A stretch of DNA of 64,000 nt from an uncultured Clostridia bacterium (GTDB lineage: Bacteria; Bacillota; Clostridia; Christensenellales; CAG-138). The DNA lies in assembly GCA_946185305.1 (NCBI GenBank), contig CAMHJE010000002.1, positions 9,263 through 73,262 on the forward strand. Direction: 5' to 3'. The first letter of the stretch is position 1; each line of letters begins with the position of its first letter. The notes under the pieces were generated by a model that made no database searches, was not told where the DNA came from, and worked only from the letters and a program-made list of their open reading frames with translations. Positions 34,434-45,297 of the stretch are shown here, piece by piece. The translations under genes and the position numbers were made by a program.

Positions 34434-35983
34434 AAAAGAAGCGAATCGCGGGGCTGCTCGCCCTGCTGCTGCTTTGCGGCTGTATGACGGAGGAATTTGC
34501 CGCCGTCTCGCCCGAGGCTTTCCGTCCCGAACCGACGCCCACGCTGCCGCCCGCCGCACAGGCGACCGCAAGCCCGACCCGCGCCGCCAATGAGCAGGTG
34601 CTGTTTACCTACCCCGATACGGTTTCGTTCTCCGCCAAGCAGGGACTTTTGACCGTGACCGGCGAAGCCGCCGTGGACGCGTCCTCCCTTTCCTCGCTGA
34701 TTGCCCGCGTCGGCCCCGCTGACTTCACCGCCGAGCGCACCGCCCTGCTGTACGACGCCTGCATGGACGGCGATATAACCTATTTCTACCCGTACAGCAG
34801 CGCCGCCTATCTCTACTATCCCGAATTTTCCGATGAGGAGCTTTCCGCCGCGGCCGACGCAATACAGACGCTGATCGACGCGGGTCTCGGCAGCACCGGC
34901 CATGAGGACGGGCATGCGCAATGGTCGCTCATCCGGCAGCGCGCCCTCGCTCGCACAGCCGACCACCCGGCGCACATCGACCGCGAAAGAACCGCGCCGA
35001 CCCTGTCGGACGCGCCGGGCAGCGTGACGCTGACAAACGAGCGCGGCCGCCCGGTTGGGGAGGCCCGCTATACCCGTAAGGAAACCGGCGCTTTGGAAAC
35101 GGCCCTGCGGGGGCTTGGGAAAAACTTTGTCGTGCAGAACGCCGCGCGGTGGGAAAACGCGGACGAAGCCGCCGCCGCGCTGCGGGAGATGCCGCCCGCG
35201 CTGTCGTGGTTTTCCTCGTTCCGCTATACGAACAACCTGCCGCTGGTGAACGGGCTTGTCGGAAAAGAGTTTGCCGCCCGGCTCGATGTGACCGACCTTG
35301 CCGAAACGGACGAAACGCCCGCGGGCTGTACGCTTGCGCTGTCGCCAAAGGCGGCCTTCGACGCCGCGCGGCAGTTTTTGCACCGCGCCGGGGTGATGAA
35401 TTTCGAGCCGTATCGCATCACCTTTTTTGCCGGTCCTACGGGAAAACAATGGTATGAGGTGCGCTGCGCGCGCTGTTACGACGGTCTGATGGTTTACTGC
35501 CTGACCGGGCAGAATCTGTTGCCCTACGGCTCGTTTGCCCATGATGCGCAGACGCCGTCCGACTGGACGAACGAGTTTTGCGGGATGCTGCTCGACGACG
35601 GCGGCGTGTTCGCCGCGACATGGGAGCATCCGCTTCGGCTGCTCCGCACGGAGCCGGACGGCGCCCGCGATACGGTCGTGCTGCAGGAAGCCGTGGACTT
35701 GGCGACGGCCTATCTTTTGGCGCAATACGGCGATACGCGCGTCGCCCGCACCGCGACGGTGCAGCGCGTGTCCCTGGTGCTTTGCTGCGTGCCGGATCCG
35801 AATGCCGACCGGGAGGGGCGGCTCCTTCCCGCATGGCTTGTGCAATACGCCTACGGGCGGGACGATACCGCCGCCGAGCGTGACAATCTGCACCTTGTCG
35901 CGTTCTCCCAAATCACCGGCGAAAAGCTCGGCGAAAGCGCGCTGCCGCCCTCGTTTGACCGACGCAATGCGGAGGAGAGATAA
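34430..35983 (+). CDS. hypothetical lipoprotein (paralogue 1), translationally coupled to the kinase
   Basis: ATGA overlap with the kinase stop. MKKKRIAGLLALLLLCGC lipobox. Same frame as the 600-aa track ORF. Confidence 0.6.
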   Translation: MKKKRIAGLLALLLLCGCMTEEFAAVSPEAFRPEPTPTLPPAAQATASPTRAANEQVLFTYPDTVSFSAKQGLLTVTGEAAVDASSLSSLIARVGPADFTAERTALLYDACMDGDITYFYPYSSAAYLYYPEFSDEELSAAADAIQTLIDAGLGSTGHEDGHAQWSLIRQRALARTADHPAHIDRERTAPTLSDAPGSVTLTNERGRPVGEARYTRKETGALETALRGLGKNFVVQNAARWENADEAAAALREMPPALSWFSSFRYTNNLPLVNGLVGKEFAARLDVTDLAETDETPAGCTLALSPKAAFDAARQFLHRAGVMNFEPYRITFFAGPTGKQWYEVRCARCYDGLMVYCLTGQNLLPYGSFAHDAQTPSDWTNEFCGMLLDDGGVFAATWEHPLRLLRTEPDGARDTVVLQEAVDLATAYLLAQYGDTRVARTATVQRVSLVLCCVPDPNADREGRLLPAWLVQYAYGRDDTAAERDNLHLVAFSQITGEKLGESALPPSFDRRNAEER

Positions 35984-35985
35984 AA

Positions 35986-37515
35986 ATGAAACGGAGTCTT
36001 TGTTTGCTGCTCGCTTTGCTGCTGCTCGGCTGCGCGAGCGAATTTGCCCCGCTCGATACCGCGGCCTATCCCGCCGCGCCGGTCGAGGGCGACCCGTATG
36101 TGCGTGACGCTTCGCTTCCGCTCGAAAAGCGGCGCTATCTGATGGAACGGCTTGGGCTGACCGAGGACGAGCGCACATGGACGGAGCCGGGGCTTTCCGG
36201 CACGTTCCCGATCCATGTGCCGGACGTGCTGGCGATGCCGGTGTACCGGCTCCATGCGATGCAGTTCAGCGAGGAAAATCTCCAATACCTTGCCGAAGCC
36301 TGCTTCCCGGACGGCAGGATGACAAACGAAGTGTTTTCCGATGCCTTCAGCCAAGACGAGCTGCAATACATGATCGCGCGGCTTAAGGAAGCGCTTGCCA
36401 CCTATACGGACGAGATGATAAGTGAGGATCCTCTCTTTGTCCGGCAAAAGGAAGAAATACAGGAAACGATCGACCGCTACACCGCCATGCTTGCGGATGC
36501 GCCGGCCACCATCGAGCGCACCCCGGCAAGCGTTCATTTTATGCCGATGGACGCCTATGGCTGTACTTCGCTGACGCATAACAAGGAAGAAATCCTGCTC
36601 CATCAGCAGGATTGCGAATGGCTTTCGGATGTTCCTTCTCCTTATATATGCTCCTTTTTAAGCGTTACAAACTTTTATCCGACCTCCGAGGAAATCTTTT
36701 ATGTTTCGCAAGAGATAGATCAAAACAGGGAAACCGTGATCGACGGGCATTGGGAAGGGCCAAAGGGCAGCAGCGTCTTATTCTTTTATTCAACTTATAA
36801 CGGAATAGCGGTAAGCGAGACCAATTGCGGCAGCCGAATCGACGTGCTTCCCTATTTGGACGGAGACGAAAAGCCGGAGGAATGTTTTCTCGAAAAGACG
36901 CCGAAAGAAGCGGCGGAGGACGTAAAAGCCTTTTTGCATGCCGCGCACATTCCGGCTTCGTTCGGACGGTTCGATCTCTGCACCACACCCGGCGGATCGC
37001 TGCAATCCTATAACGTCCGGTGCAATCCCGTGGTAGACAATATCCCGGTCGTGTCCGTGATGAACCGCAGCCCCCTGACCGCCCCGCCCTATGGAGAGCC
37101 GCATCTGCCGGTGGAGGATGAAACCTGGACGTATACCGTTCTGCGTTTTATCGTGTCGGGATCGCGCATCGTGTTTGTGAATTGGTTTTCCCCGATCCGG
37201 GCCGGCGAGCAGCTGGAGGCCGATGCCGCGCTGCTGCCGTATGCGGAGGTGGAGGCCGTGGCAAAGGCCGCGCTGTCCGGGGACTGTCCGGAGGGGATCA
37301 TCCCGCTTTCGGCGTCTCTGGTGCTCCGTGCAATCAACGACCCGACGCTGCTGCACGAGGGGCTGCTGCGCCCCGCCTGGTGCTTTGTCTACCGCCCGCG
37401 ATCCGCAGACGAGGACGTGCGCTATACGCTCTCCGTCGACGCCGTGACCGGCGAGCCCATCGACTTCGGCACGGATCTTTGCGATTTGAAACCGTCGGAG
37501 ATCCCGGATCATTGA
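35986..37515 (+). CDS. hypothetical lipoprotein (paralogue 2)
   Basis: MKRSLCLLLALLLLGC lipobox, 2 nt after the previous stop. C-terminal half parallels the previous protein (A..FL..AG....F........Y.VRC ... LLPAW motif). Confidence 0.6.
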   Translation: MKRSLCLLLALLLLGCASEFAPLDTAAYPAAPVEGDPYVRDASLPLEKRRYLMERLGLTEDERTWTEPGLSGTFPIHVPDVLAMPVYRLHAMQFSEENLQYLAEACFPDGRMTNEVFSDAFSQDELQYMIARLKEALATYTDEMISEDPLFVRQKEEIQETIDRYTAMLADAPATIERTPASVHFMPMDAYGCTSLTHNKEEILLHQQDCEWLSDVPSPYICSFLSVTNFYPTSEEIFYVSQEIDQNRETVIDGHWEGPKGSSVLFFYSTYNGIAVSETNCGSRIDVLPYLDGDEKPEECFLEKTPKEAAEDVKAFLHAAHIPASFGRFDLCTTPGGSLQSYNVRCNPVVDNIPVVSVMNRSPLTAPPYGEPHLPVEDETWTYTVLRFIVSGSRIVFVNWFSPIRAGEQLEADAALLPYAEVEAVAKAALSGDCPEGIIPLSASLVLRAINDPTLLHEGLLRPAWCFVYRPRSADEDVRYTLSVDAVTGEPIDFGTDLCDLKPSEIPDH

Positions 37516-37518
37516 ACG

Positions 37519-37551
37519 CAAAACGCACGGGAACGAACCCGTGCGTTTTTT
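37519..37551. terminator. bidirectional Rho-independent terminator
   Basis: 9-bp stem acgcacggg / cccgtgcgt with loop aacgaa, flanked by an A-run and TTTTTT, between convergent genes. Confidence 0.8.
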
Positions 37552-37568
37552 GATTGCCTTCTTTTTCG

Positions 37569-39476
37569 TTATTCCGCTTCCTTCAAAATGTACGCCGCGA
37601 CCGCGCGGGGCGTATTGAGCTCCGGGGCGGCATGGGTGTCGATGGTGACGCCGAAATCGGCGCCGATCCGTTCGATCAGCGAGAAGTATTGCAGCGAATC
37701 GCCGCCGAGGTCGTACTGGAAATGGCTGTCCGGCGTGACGTTGTCCATGCCGGTCACGTCGGCAAACGCCGCCATCACGCGCGGCAGAATCTCCTCCAAG
37801 CCCTTTTCATAGAGCGTCTCGGCCTTTTCGGTCGGCCGGTCGGCGGCGTGGACGCGGAGGGTGCCGTTGGCAAGGCGCTTTTTGACCTCGCCGTTTTGCA
37901 CCTTCATCGTCAGCGCCAAGGGCAGCGGCTCCTCGGCAAAGACGATCCGATCCACACGATAGGCACGCGGCAGAGCCGCGTTTTTGGCATACAGCTGTTC
38001 GGCAAGGTTGCCGAGCGCGTAGGCGTTATGCTGCTTCGGCTCGACGACAAGCACCGCCATCGTCCCGCCGCCCGGACGCTTCTGCTCCACGGCGGCCAGA
38101 TTTTGAATCAGCGGGCTGCCGAACGCGGCTTCGATCACGGCGGGGGCGATGCGCTCGCCGTTTTCGCCGTTGATCATATCGTCGGTACGTCCCGCAAAGA
38201 ACAGATACCCGCCCTTGCGAATCTCGATGCAGTCCTTGGTATCGAACCACGCCAAGGGGTCATGCGGGATGCGGACGCCGTTTTCGTAGGTGGCGGTATA
38301 GCAGGTGCGGCCGCGCACCCACAGGCTGTTTTCGCCCTGCTTCGCCTCCATCGATGGGAACAGCTTGCCGATAGAGCCTTCCATGCGCGCCTTGGCGCTG
38401 TGCCGCAGCTCAACCGAGGCGATGCCGATTTCGGTCATGCCGTAGCCGTTATACAGCGGGTAGGCAATGCCGTTGATCAGCCGCATCGTGTCCTCGCGCA
38501 CGGCGCCGCCGCCGGTGATGCAGAACCGCACCGCATTGCCGAGCGCCTGCCTTTGCACCGAGCGGAACAGGACTTCCCTTGCAAACCACCGGCCGAGCCG
38601 CGGAAACAGCCCGCTTTGCAGCGCAAGGGACAGCTTCAGGCCCTTTTCGAGCTTTTCGGCCTGCCCGGTGCGCTTGGCGGTGCGCAGCACGGCGTCCGCG
38701 ACGGCGTTCCAAAAGATCGGCAGGCAAAAGATGTGCGTGACCTCGTGCTTTTGGCACGTTTCGGAAATGACCTCCGGCGCCAAGGACGGCAGCAGCACAA
38801 GCGTTCGGCCAAAGCAGGAGAACCACAGCAGCACCGCCGAAAGGCCGAAGATGTGATAGAACGGCAAAAAGGCGAGCAGCTTAAGATGCCCGTGGTAGAA
38901 CGTGGCGACGGTGTGGTTTTCCTTCAGCACATAGCCGGAGTTGCGGATCTGCGCACAGACGGCTTTGCCGTCGAACGCGATCAGGCGCGGTTTGCCCGTC
39001 GTGCCGGAGGTGCAAAGGATGATCTCGTCCGCCCAGTCGCAATAATCGCCGCTTGCCGTCAGCGCGTCCGGCGCTATCGTTTCGGCGGCGGTAAAATCGC
39101 GGTTGCCGATCACATGCTTTGCGGCACATTCCGTAAGGCACCCTTCGACCATATCCAAAGGCGCGTTGGTGTTCAAAAGCAGTGGCCTGTACCCTGCGCG
39201 CAGGATCGCCCAAAAGGCCACGACCCAATCGATGCCGTTCGGGAGGTAGATCCCGACCGGGCCGCCCGCGGGATACGCCGAAAGGCGCGTATGCAGCGCG
39301 GCGGTCGCACTTTCGATGCGGCGCTGCGCCTCGCCGTAGGTGACGGTGCAAATCCTGCCGTTTTCGTCCCACTCGAAAAGCGCCTCGTTTGTGAAGCGGA
39401 ACGCGAACGTATATACGGTGGAGAGGGACTGTTCGGCCCTCTCCAGCTCTTGTATGATCTTTTCGTAGAATGTCAT
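37569..39476 (-). CDS. AMP-binding (adenylate-forming) enzyme fused to a C-terminal acyl/peptidyl carrier domain
   Basis: TSGTTGKPR (A3), YGMTE (A5), GRTDDMI (A8) motifs. C-terminal LGGDSLQYFSLIERI phosphopantetheine-attachment motif. ATGA overlap with the glgA stop. Confidence 0.8.
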   Translation of the reverse strand: MTFYEKIIQELERAEQSLSTVYTFAFRFTNEALFEWDENGRICTVTYGEAQRRIESATAALHTRLSAYPAGGPVGIYLPNGIDWVVAFWAILRAGYRPLLLNTNAPLDMVEGCLTECAAKHVIGNRDFTAAETIAPDALTASGDYCDWADEIILCTSGTTGKPRLIAFDGKAVCAQIRNSGYVLKENHTVATFYHGHLKLLAFLPFYHIFGLSAVLLWFSCFGRTLVLLPSLAPEVISETCQKHEVTHIFCLPIFWNAVADAVLRTAKRTGQAEKLEKGLKLSLALQSGLFPRLGRWFAREVLFRSVQRQALGNAVRFCITGGGAVREDTMRLINGIAYPLYNGYGMTEIGIASVELRHSAKARMEGSIGKLFPSMEAKQGENSLWVRGRTCYTATYENGVRIPHDPLAWFDTKDCIEIRKGGYLFFAGRTDDMINGENGERIAPAVIEAAFGSPLIQNLAAVEQKRPGGGTMAVLVVEPKQHNAYALGNLAEQLYAKNAALPRAYRVDRIVFAEEPLPLALTMKVQNGEVKKRLANGTLRVHAADRPTEKAETLYEKGLEEILPRVMAAFADVTGMDNVTPDSHFQYDLGGDSLQYFSLIERIGADFGVTIDTHAAPELNTPRAVAAYILKEAE

Positions 39477-40951
39477 GCTTCGGTTTTGGGCTTTCTCTTT
39501 CTCGGTGCGCGGACGGTCAGACCCAGCATTTCCTTATACAGCGCGAGGTACTTTTTGGCGGAGGCCTTCCAGCTGAAATCCTCCTTCATCGCGCGGTGCA
39601 CAAGGCGGCTCCACATCTCGGGATCGTTGCGCCAATAGGTAACGGCGTCCTCGATCTGCTTGAGCATTTCATGCGCGTTGTAGTTGCGGAAGCCGAAGCC
39701 CGTGCCCTCGTCGGTATACTTGTTGTACGGAATGACGGAGTCCTTGAGTCCTCCGGTTTCGCGCACGATCGGGATCGTGCCGTAGCGCATGGCGATCATC
39801 TGACTGAGGCCGCACGGCTCGAACTGGCTCGGCATCAAATACATATCCGACGCGGCATAGACCTTGCGGGCGAGCTGCTCGTCGAGCACGCTGCACAGCA
39901 CGACCTCCCCGGGGAAGCGGCGCTGCGCGTCGCGCAGCATGTCGGTATACTTCTGATCGCCAAGGCCCAAGACGACCAGCTGCACGTCCAGCGACAGAAT
40001 CTCCGGCAGCACGCGGGCGATCAGGTCGAGGCCCTTCTGATCGGTCAGGCGCGACACAATCGAGAGCATCGGAACGTCGCGCTCGGGCAGGCCGAGGTCC
40101 TTTTGCAGCTTGGCTTTTAAGGACTTTTTCACCTGCGGGTTGCGTACCGAATAATGCTCGGACAGCGCCGGATCGGTATGCGGGTCATACGAGCCGGTGT
40201 CGATGCCGTTCAGAATACCGGACAGCGAGTATTTACGGGAGCGCAGCAGGCCGTCGAGCCGTTCGCCGTAATAATCGGTGCAGATCTCCTCGGCATAGGT
40301 GGGGCTGACGGTCGTGACGCGGTCGGCGTAGACGATGCCGCCCTTCATGAACGACAGCAGGCCGTAAAACTCCAGCGCATCGGAGGTGAAATAGCGGCCG
40401 TCGATGTGCAGCACATCCGCAATGCGGTTCCAGCAATAGAGGCCCTGGAACCGGAGGTTATGGATCGTATAGACGGTCTTGATTTTGGCATACTCGGGGT
40501 CGAGCGCGTACTGCGTTTTCAGAAGCGCGGGGATCAGGCCGGTCTGCCAGTCGTTGCAATGGATCACGTCGGGGAAGAAGTCCACCTTGGGCAGAGAATC
40601 CAATACCGCGCGGCAGAAGAATGCATAGCGGAAGCCCTCCTGCTCGTCGCCGGTGTACACGCCGTCGTGACCGAACATGGCAAGGTTGTCGATGAAATAA
40701 AAGCGGACGCCCTCGTATTCGATCGTATCAATGCCGCAAAACACGCTCCCGTTGCCGAACGGCAGCTGATAGTGCGCGATATGCTCCATGTTGGCAATAT
40801 AGCTCCAATCAATGACGCGGTACTTCGGGATCATCACGCGAACGTCGCAGCCTTGCTTGAGCAGTTCCTTGGGCAGCGAGCCGACAACGTCGGCCAGTCC
40901 CCCGGTTTTCACGAACGGGACACATTCGCTGGCGCAAATCAATACCTTCAT
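39473..40951 (-). CDS. glgA: glycogen synthase
   Basis: MKVLICASECVPFVKTGGLADVVGSLPKEL N-terminal signature. 492 aa. Confidence 0.9.
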   Translation of the reverse strand: MKVLICASECVPFVKTGGLADVVGSLPKELLKQGCDVRVMIPKYRVIDWSYIANMEHIAHYQLPFGNGSVFCGIDTIEYEGVRFYFIDNLAMFGHDGVYTGDEQEGFRYAFFCRAVLDSLPKVDFFPDVIHCNDWQTGLIPALLKTQYALDPEYAKIKTVYTIHNLRFQGLYCWNRIADVLHIDGRYFTSDALEFYGLLSFMKGGIVYADRVTTVSPTYAEEICTDYYGERLDGLLRSRKYSLSGILNGIDTGSYDPHTDPALSEHYSVRNPQVKKSLKAKLQKDLGLPERDVPMLSIVSRLTDQKGLDLIARVLPEILSLDVQLVVLGLGDQKYTDMLRDAQRRFPGEVVLCSVLDEQLARKVYAASDMYLMPSQFEPCGLSQMIAMRYGTIPIVRETGGLKDSVIPYNKYTDEGTGFGFRNYNAHEMLKQIEDAVTYWRNDPEMWSRLVHRAMKEDFSWKASAKKYLALYKEMLGLTVRAPRKRKPKTEA

Positions 40952-41054
40952 GGCAGGTTCTCCTTTGTTTCGATATTCGGAAAAGATTCCGTTTCAGCCG
41001 TGCGGCGCCGCTTCGCTTCGGACGCCGCACGGGTTGGGGTCATGCAATTTACGG

Positions 41055-42179
41055 TTAGACGGTCTGGCCTTTTTTCAGCACGATCGGGAAGTTCTCATAG
41101 CCGATCAGCGAGCGGCCCGGACGGATCACGCAGTTCTTGTCGAGGATAACATGGTCGAGAACCGCGCCCGCGCCGACGGAGGTGCCCTGCAGCAGGATCG
41201 AGTTGGTGACCTTCGCGCCCTCGGCGACGGTGACGCCGCGGAACAGGATGGAATCGGTCACGGTGCCGTCGATGCTGCAGCCATCGGCCAGCATCGAGTT
41301 AGAGACATCGGCATTCGGGCCGTACTTTGCGGAGATCTGATCCTTGACCTTGGTGACGATCGGATGATCGTGGTTATACAGGTCGCGGGCATAGTTGACG
41401 TTCAGCATGTCCATGCTGCACTTATAGTACGTGTTGATGGAATCGAGACGCGCCACATAGCCGTCATAGCGCCAGCCGTAGATCTTCAGCGTGCCGCACA
41501 GGCGCTGGAGAATGTCGCGGGTGAAGTCGGAATCGCCGCGGGCATAGGCTTCCTCGATCAGGTACTCGAACAGCTTCTTTTCCATGATCATCGCGTCGCA
41601 GGAGCGGGCGTTCGTGCGCGGACGGTAGGGATTCCACTCCATCTCCGTCACTCTGCCGTCCTCCCGCATGATGAGCCGCAGATCGCGGTTCTGATCCTCG
41701 GCGGAGAAATGCGGGTCGTTGTTGTACATGATCGTGATATCCGCGCTGGTATCGACATGCTTCTGCAGCATGGCCTCAAACGTGGTGTTGTAGATGATGT
41801 GGCTGCCGGTGAACAGCACGTACTTTTGTGTGCTGCGGCGCACATACGTCATGACGGAATGGATCGCATCGATATCGCCGCGGAACACGCCGGGGTTGTC
41901 CTTCGTCATAAACGGCGGGAGAATGAACATACCGTCATGCTTGCGGTCGAGATCCCATTCCTTGCCGGAACCGATGTGGTCCATCAGGGAGTGGTAGTTC
42001 TTCTGCATGATGACGCCGACGTTGTCGATGCCGGAATTGACGATGTTCGACAGGACGAAGTCGATCACGCGATAGCGGCCGCCGAACGGCACCGCCGCGA
42101 CGGAACGGGACAGGGTCAGCTCCCTAAGAAGGGGGTTGGTGTCGCCGGTATAAATCAGAGCAAAGGTATCGTGAATCAT
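41055..42179 (-). CDS. glgD: glucose-1-phosphate adenylyltransferase, GlgD subunit
   Basis: AVPFGGRYRVIDFVLSNIVNSGI, lacking the GGxGxRL motif of GlgC. Position after glgC and C-terminal left-handed beta-helix repeats. Confidence 0.85.
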   Translation of the reverse strand: MIHDTFALIYTGDTNPLLRELTLSRSVAAVPFGGRYRVIDFVLSNIVNSGIDNVGVIMQKNYHSLMDHIGSGKEWDLDRKHDGMFILPPFMTKDNPGVFRGDIDAIHSVMTYVRRSTQKYVLFTGSHIIYNTTFEAMLQKHVDTSADITIMYNNDPHFSAEDQNRDLRLIMREDGRVTEMEWNPYRPRTNARSCDAMIMEKKLFEYLIEEAYARGDSDFTRDILQRLCGTLKIYGWRYDGYVARLDSINTYYKCSMDMLNVNYARDLYNHDHPIVTKVKDQISAKYGPNADVSNSMLADGCSIDGTVTDSILFRGVTVAEGAKVTNSILLQGTSVGAGAVLDHVILDKNCVIRPGRSLIGYENFPIVLKKGQTV

Positions 42180-42182
42180 ACG

Positions 42183-43412
42183 TTAAGCCTCCTTGGTGTA
42201 GAGATGGAGCGTGTCCGCGTTGACAACCGCGCCGCGCGGAATGTAGGTGCCGGCGGGAATCGTAACGTCGTTGCCGACCAGCGTGATATCGTCGGTCAGC
42301 TTGTTATCGACGGTTTCGCCGTCCCGGAGATCGCCGCCGATGGTGCAGCCGTCGCCGATCACGACGTTCTCGCCGATGATTGCCTTATGCACCTTGCCGT
42401 TCTTGCCGATGAACGCGTTCGGGAATACGACGGAATCGACGATCTCGGTGTTGATGTCCTCATGCGTGCCCGCAAACAGCACGGAATGCTTGACGACGCC
42501 GCGCACCACGCAGCCCTCGGTGACAAGGCTGTCGCTGACCTTCGCGGTCTTATCCATATAGTGCGGCGGCAGGGCGAGGTTATGCGTATAGATGCGCCAT
42601 GCGGGATCGTTGAGCTCGAGCACCGGCGGTTCGCCGAGCATGTCCATGTTCGCTTCCCACAGCGAGGTGATCGTTCCGACATCCTTCCAATACCCGTCGA
42701 ACGGATAAGCCATCATCTTTTCGCCCGCGTTCAGCATCGCCGGGATGATGTTCTTGCCGAAGTCGTTCTCGGAGTTCGGATCCTTGTCGTCCAGTTCCAT
42801 GAACTTGCGCAGGAGCTTCCAGTTGAAGATATAAATACCCATCGAAGCGTTGCCGCTCTTCGGATTCTTCGGCTTCTCCTCGAACGAGGTGATCTGGTTC
42901 TTCTCGTCCGCGTTCATGATGCCGAAGCGGTGCGCTTCCGAAAGCGGTACACGGTAGACGGCAATCGTCGCCGCCGCGCCGTTTTCGATGTGGAAATTCA
43001 GCATCTTGTGGTAGTCCATCTTATAGATATGGTCGCCCGACAAAATCAGAACGTATTCCGCATCATACTGGTCGATGAACTCGCGGTTCTGCCAGATCGC
43101 GTTCGCGGTGCCGCTGTACCAGCGGCCGTCCTTCTCGGTCATGTACGGGGGCAGCACGAACACGCCGCCGTCGCTTCTGTCGAGGTCCCAGTGCTGACCG
43201 GTGCCGAGGTACGCATTCAGCGCCAGCGGACGGTACTGGGTGAGGACGCCGACCGTGTCAATATCGGAATTGACGCAGTTGGACAGCGGGAAGTCGATGA
43301 TGCGGTACTTGCCGCCAAACGGTACGGCAGGCTTCGCCATGTGGGAGGTCAGGATACCGAGACGGCTGCCCTGGCCGCCCGCAAGCAGCATGGCAACGAT
43401 TTTTTTCTTCAT
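42183..43412 (-). CDS. glgC: glucose-1-phosphate adenylyltransferase
   Basis: [45 protein letters not shown]. Start set at the internal ATG 43412. Confidence 0.9.
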   Translation of the reverse strand: MKKKIVAMLLAGGQGSRLGILTSHMAKPAVPFGGKYRIIDFPLSNCVNSDIDTVGVLTQYRPLALNAYLGTGQHWDLDRSDGGVFVLPPYMTEKDGRWYSGTANAIWQNREFIDQYDAEYVLILSGDHIYKMDYHKMLNFHIENGAAATIAVYRVPLSEAHRFGIMNADEKNQITSFEEKPKNPKSGNASMGIYIFNWKLLRKFMELDDKDPNSENDFGKNIIPAMLNAGEKMMAYPFDGYWKDVGTITSLWEANMDMLGEPPVLELNDPAWRIYTHNLALPPHYMDKTAKVSDSLVTEGCVVRGVVKHSVLFAGTHEDINTEIVDSVVFPNAFIGKNGKVHKAIIGENVVIGDGCTIGGDLRDGETVDNKLTDDITLVGNDVTIPAGTYIPRGAVVNADTLHLYTKEA

Positions 43413-43431
43413 AACGTTCTCCTTTGTGAAA

Positions 43432-45297
43432 TTATTCCGGATCCGGGGTAAATTGCAAATAGCAGGCGCCATACGGCGGAAGCTTCAAATGGATGGCGTG
43501 GGCGAACCGATCCTGCGGCTCGTCCTCGGTATGGACCGTACCGTTATGGTACAGATCGGTGCCGCCGAAGCGCGGCTCGTCGGTCGAAAAGACCTCGGTA
43601 TAGGTGCCGGCCTTCTCGCTGCCCATGCGGTAGTCGTCCCACGGGACCGGCGTGAAGTTGTAGGCGCAAAGCAGCGTATTGTCCTGATCGTCGTGCCGCA
43701 CGAACGCCGTCACCGAATGCAGCGAATCGTCGACCACGACCCAGTCGAACCCGCGCCAGTCGTCGTCCCGCCGCCACAGCGCGGGCGTTTCCCGATAGAA
43801 ATGGTTCAGCTCGCGCACATACCGCTGCATCTCCGCATGCTTCGGGTATTCCAGCAGCAGCCAGTCCAAAGAATCGTCGAACCGCCATTCGATGAACTGC
43901 CCGAGCTCCATGCCCATGAACGTGAGCTTTTTGCCCGGATGCGCGAACTGGTACGCGTACACCAATCTGAGCTGCGCGAATTTCTGCCAGTAGTCGCCGG
44001 GCATCTTGTTCAGCATCGACAGCTTGCCGTGTACGACCTCGTCATGCGAGAACGGCAGCACATAATACTCGGAGAACGCATACATCAGCGAGAACGTCAG
44101 CTTGTCGTGATGCCATTTGCGATAGAGCGAATCCATCTGCATGTAGGACAGCGTGTCGTTCATCCAGCCCATGTTCCATTTATAGTCGAACCCGAGCGAT
44201 TCGCCGCCCTTGTCGGTGACATGCGGGAACGCGGTGCTTTCCTCAGCAATCAGGATCTTGCCGCCGGGCAGCGCATGCACGGCCTCGCCGAGCTGCTGGA
44301 ACAGCGCGATGGCGTCGAGGTTCTCCCGGCCGCCGAAGATATTCGGCACCCACTCGCCGTCGTCGCGGCCGTAGTCAAGATAGAGCATACACGAAACGGC
44401 GTCCACGCGCAGACCGTCGAAGTGGAACTCCTTGAGCCAGTAGAGCGCGCTGCCGATCAAAAAGCTCTTGACCTGCGTTCTGCCGTAATCGAACAGCAGC
44501 GTTCCCCACTGCTTCATGTCCGAACGGCGGGGATCGGGATGCTCATACAGCGGCGTGCCGTCGAAGCGGGCAAGGCCGTAGGCGTCGCGCGTGAAGTGCG
44601 CGGGGACCCAGTCCATGATCACCGCGATGCCCTTTTCATGGGCGCGGTTGATCAGGTACTTGAGATCGTCCGGCGCGCCGTAGCGCGCGGTCGGGGCATA
44701 GTAGCCCGTGACCTGATACCCCCAGCTCGGCCCGAACGGATAGGCCATCAGCGGCATGACCTCGATATGCGTATACCCCATATCGACCGCGTAATCGATC
44801 AGCTCGTCGCCGAGCTGCCGGTATCCGAGGCCCTTTTTCCACGAGCCGAGATGCACCTCATAGATGTTCATCGGCTCCTCGTGCTGCCGGGTGCGCCCGG
44901 CAAGGTAGGCGGCGTCGGTCCACGGGTATTCGCCGTTTTCCCACACCATCGAGGCCGAGCCGTTCGGCTCGACGCGCACCGCATACGGGTCCGCCTTCTG
45001 CACGGTGACGTTGTCTGCGCCGAGGATCGAGTATTTATAGAGCATTTCCTCTTTGGCAATGCCGATAAACGCTTCCCAGACACCCGTTTCTCCGACACGT
45101 TCCATCGGATCGGCGCACTCATTCCAACTGTTCCAGTCGCCGACGACCGAGATCCGCTGTGCATTCGGCGCCCAGACCGAGAATCGCCACATCGGATAAC
45201 CGTTGTGCTCGACGCGATGGCAGCCGAGGGATGCATACGGTGTCAGCGTCGTCCCCTCGTTGAAATAGTAAAGCTCCAGATCGCTTAAATGTGACAT
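43432..45297 (-). CDS. glgB: 1,4-alpha-glucan branching enzyme
   Basis: GH13 motifs [29 protein letters not shown]. Start at ATG 45297 with a GAGAGGAAG RBS. Confidence 0.9.
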   Translation of the reverse strand: MSHLSDLELYYFNEGTTLTPYASLGCHRVEHNGYPMWRFSVWAPNAQRISVVGDWNSWNECADPMERVGETGVWEAFIGIAKEEMLYKYSILGADNVTVQKADPYAVRVEPNGSASMVWENGEYPWTDAAYLAGRTRQHEEPMNIYEVHLGSWKKGLGYRQLGDELIDYAVDMGYTHIEVMPLMAYPFGPSWGYQVTGYYAPTARYGAPDDLKYLINRAHEKGIAVIMDWVPAHFTRDAYGLARFDGTPLYEHPDPRRSDMKQWGTLLFDYGRTQVKSFLIGSALYWLKEFHFDGLRVDAVSCMLYLDYGRDDGEWVPNIFGGRENLDAIALFQQLGEAVHALPGGKILIAEESTAFPHVTDKGGESLGFDYKWNMGWMNDTLSYMQMDSLYRKWHHDKLTFSLMYAFSEYYVLPFSHDEVVHGKLSMLNKMPGDYWQKFAQLRLVYAYQFAHPGKKLTFMGMELGQFIEWRFDDSLDWLLLEYPKHAEMQRYVRELNHFYRETPALWRRDDDWRGFDWVVVDDSLHSVTAFVRHDDQDNTLLCAYNFTPVPWDDYRMGSEKAGTYTEVFSTDEPRFGGTDLYHNGTVHTEDEPQDRFAHAIHLKLPPYGACYLQFTPDPE

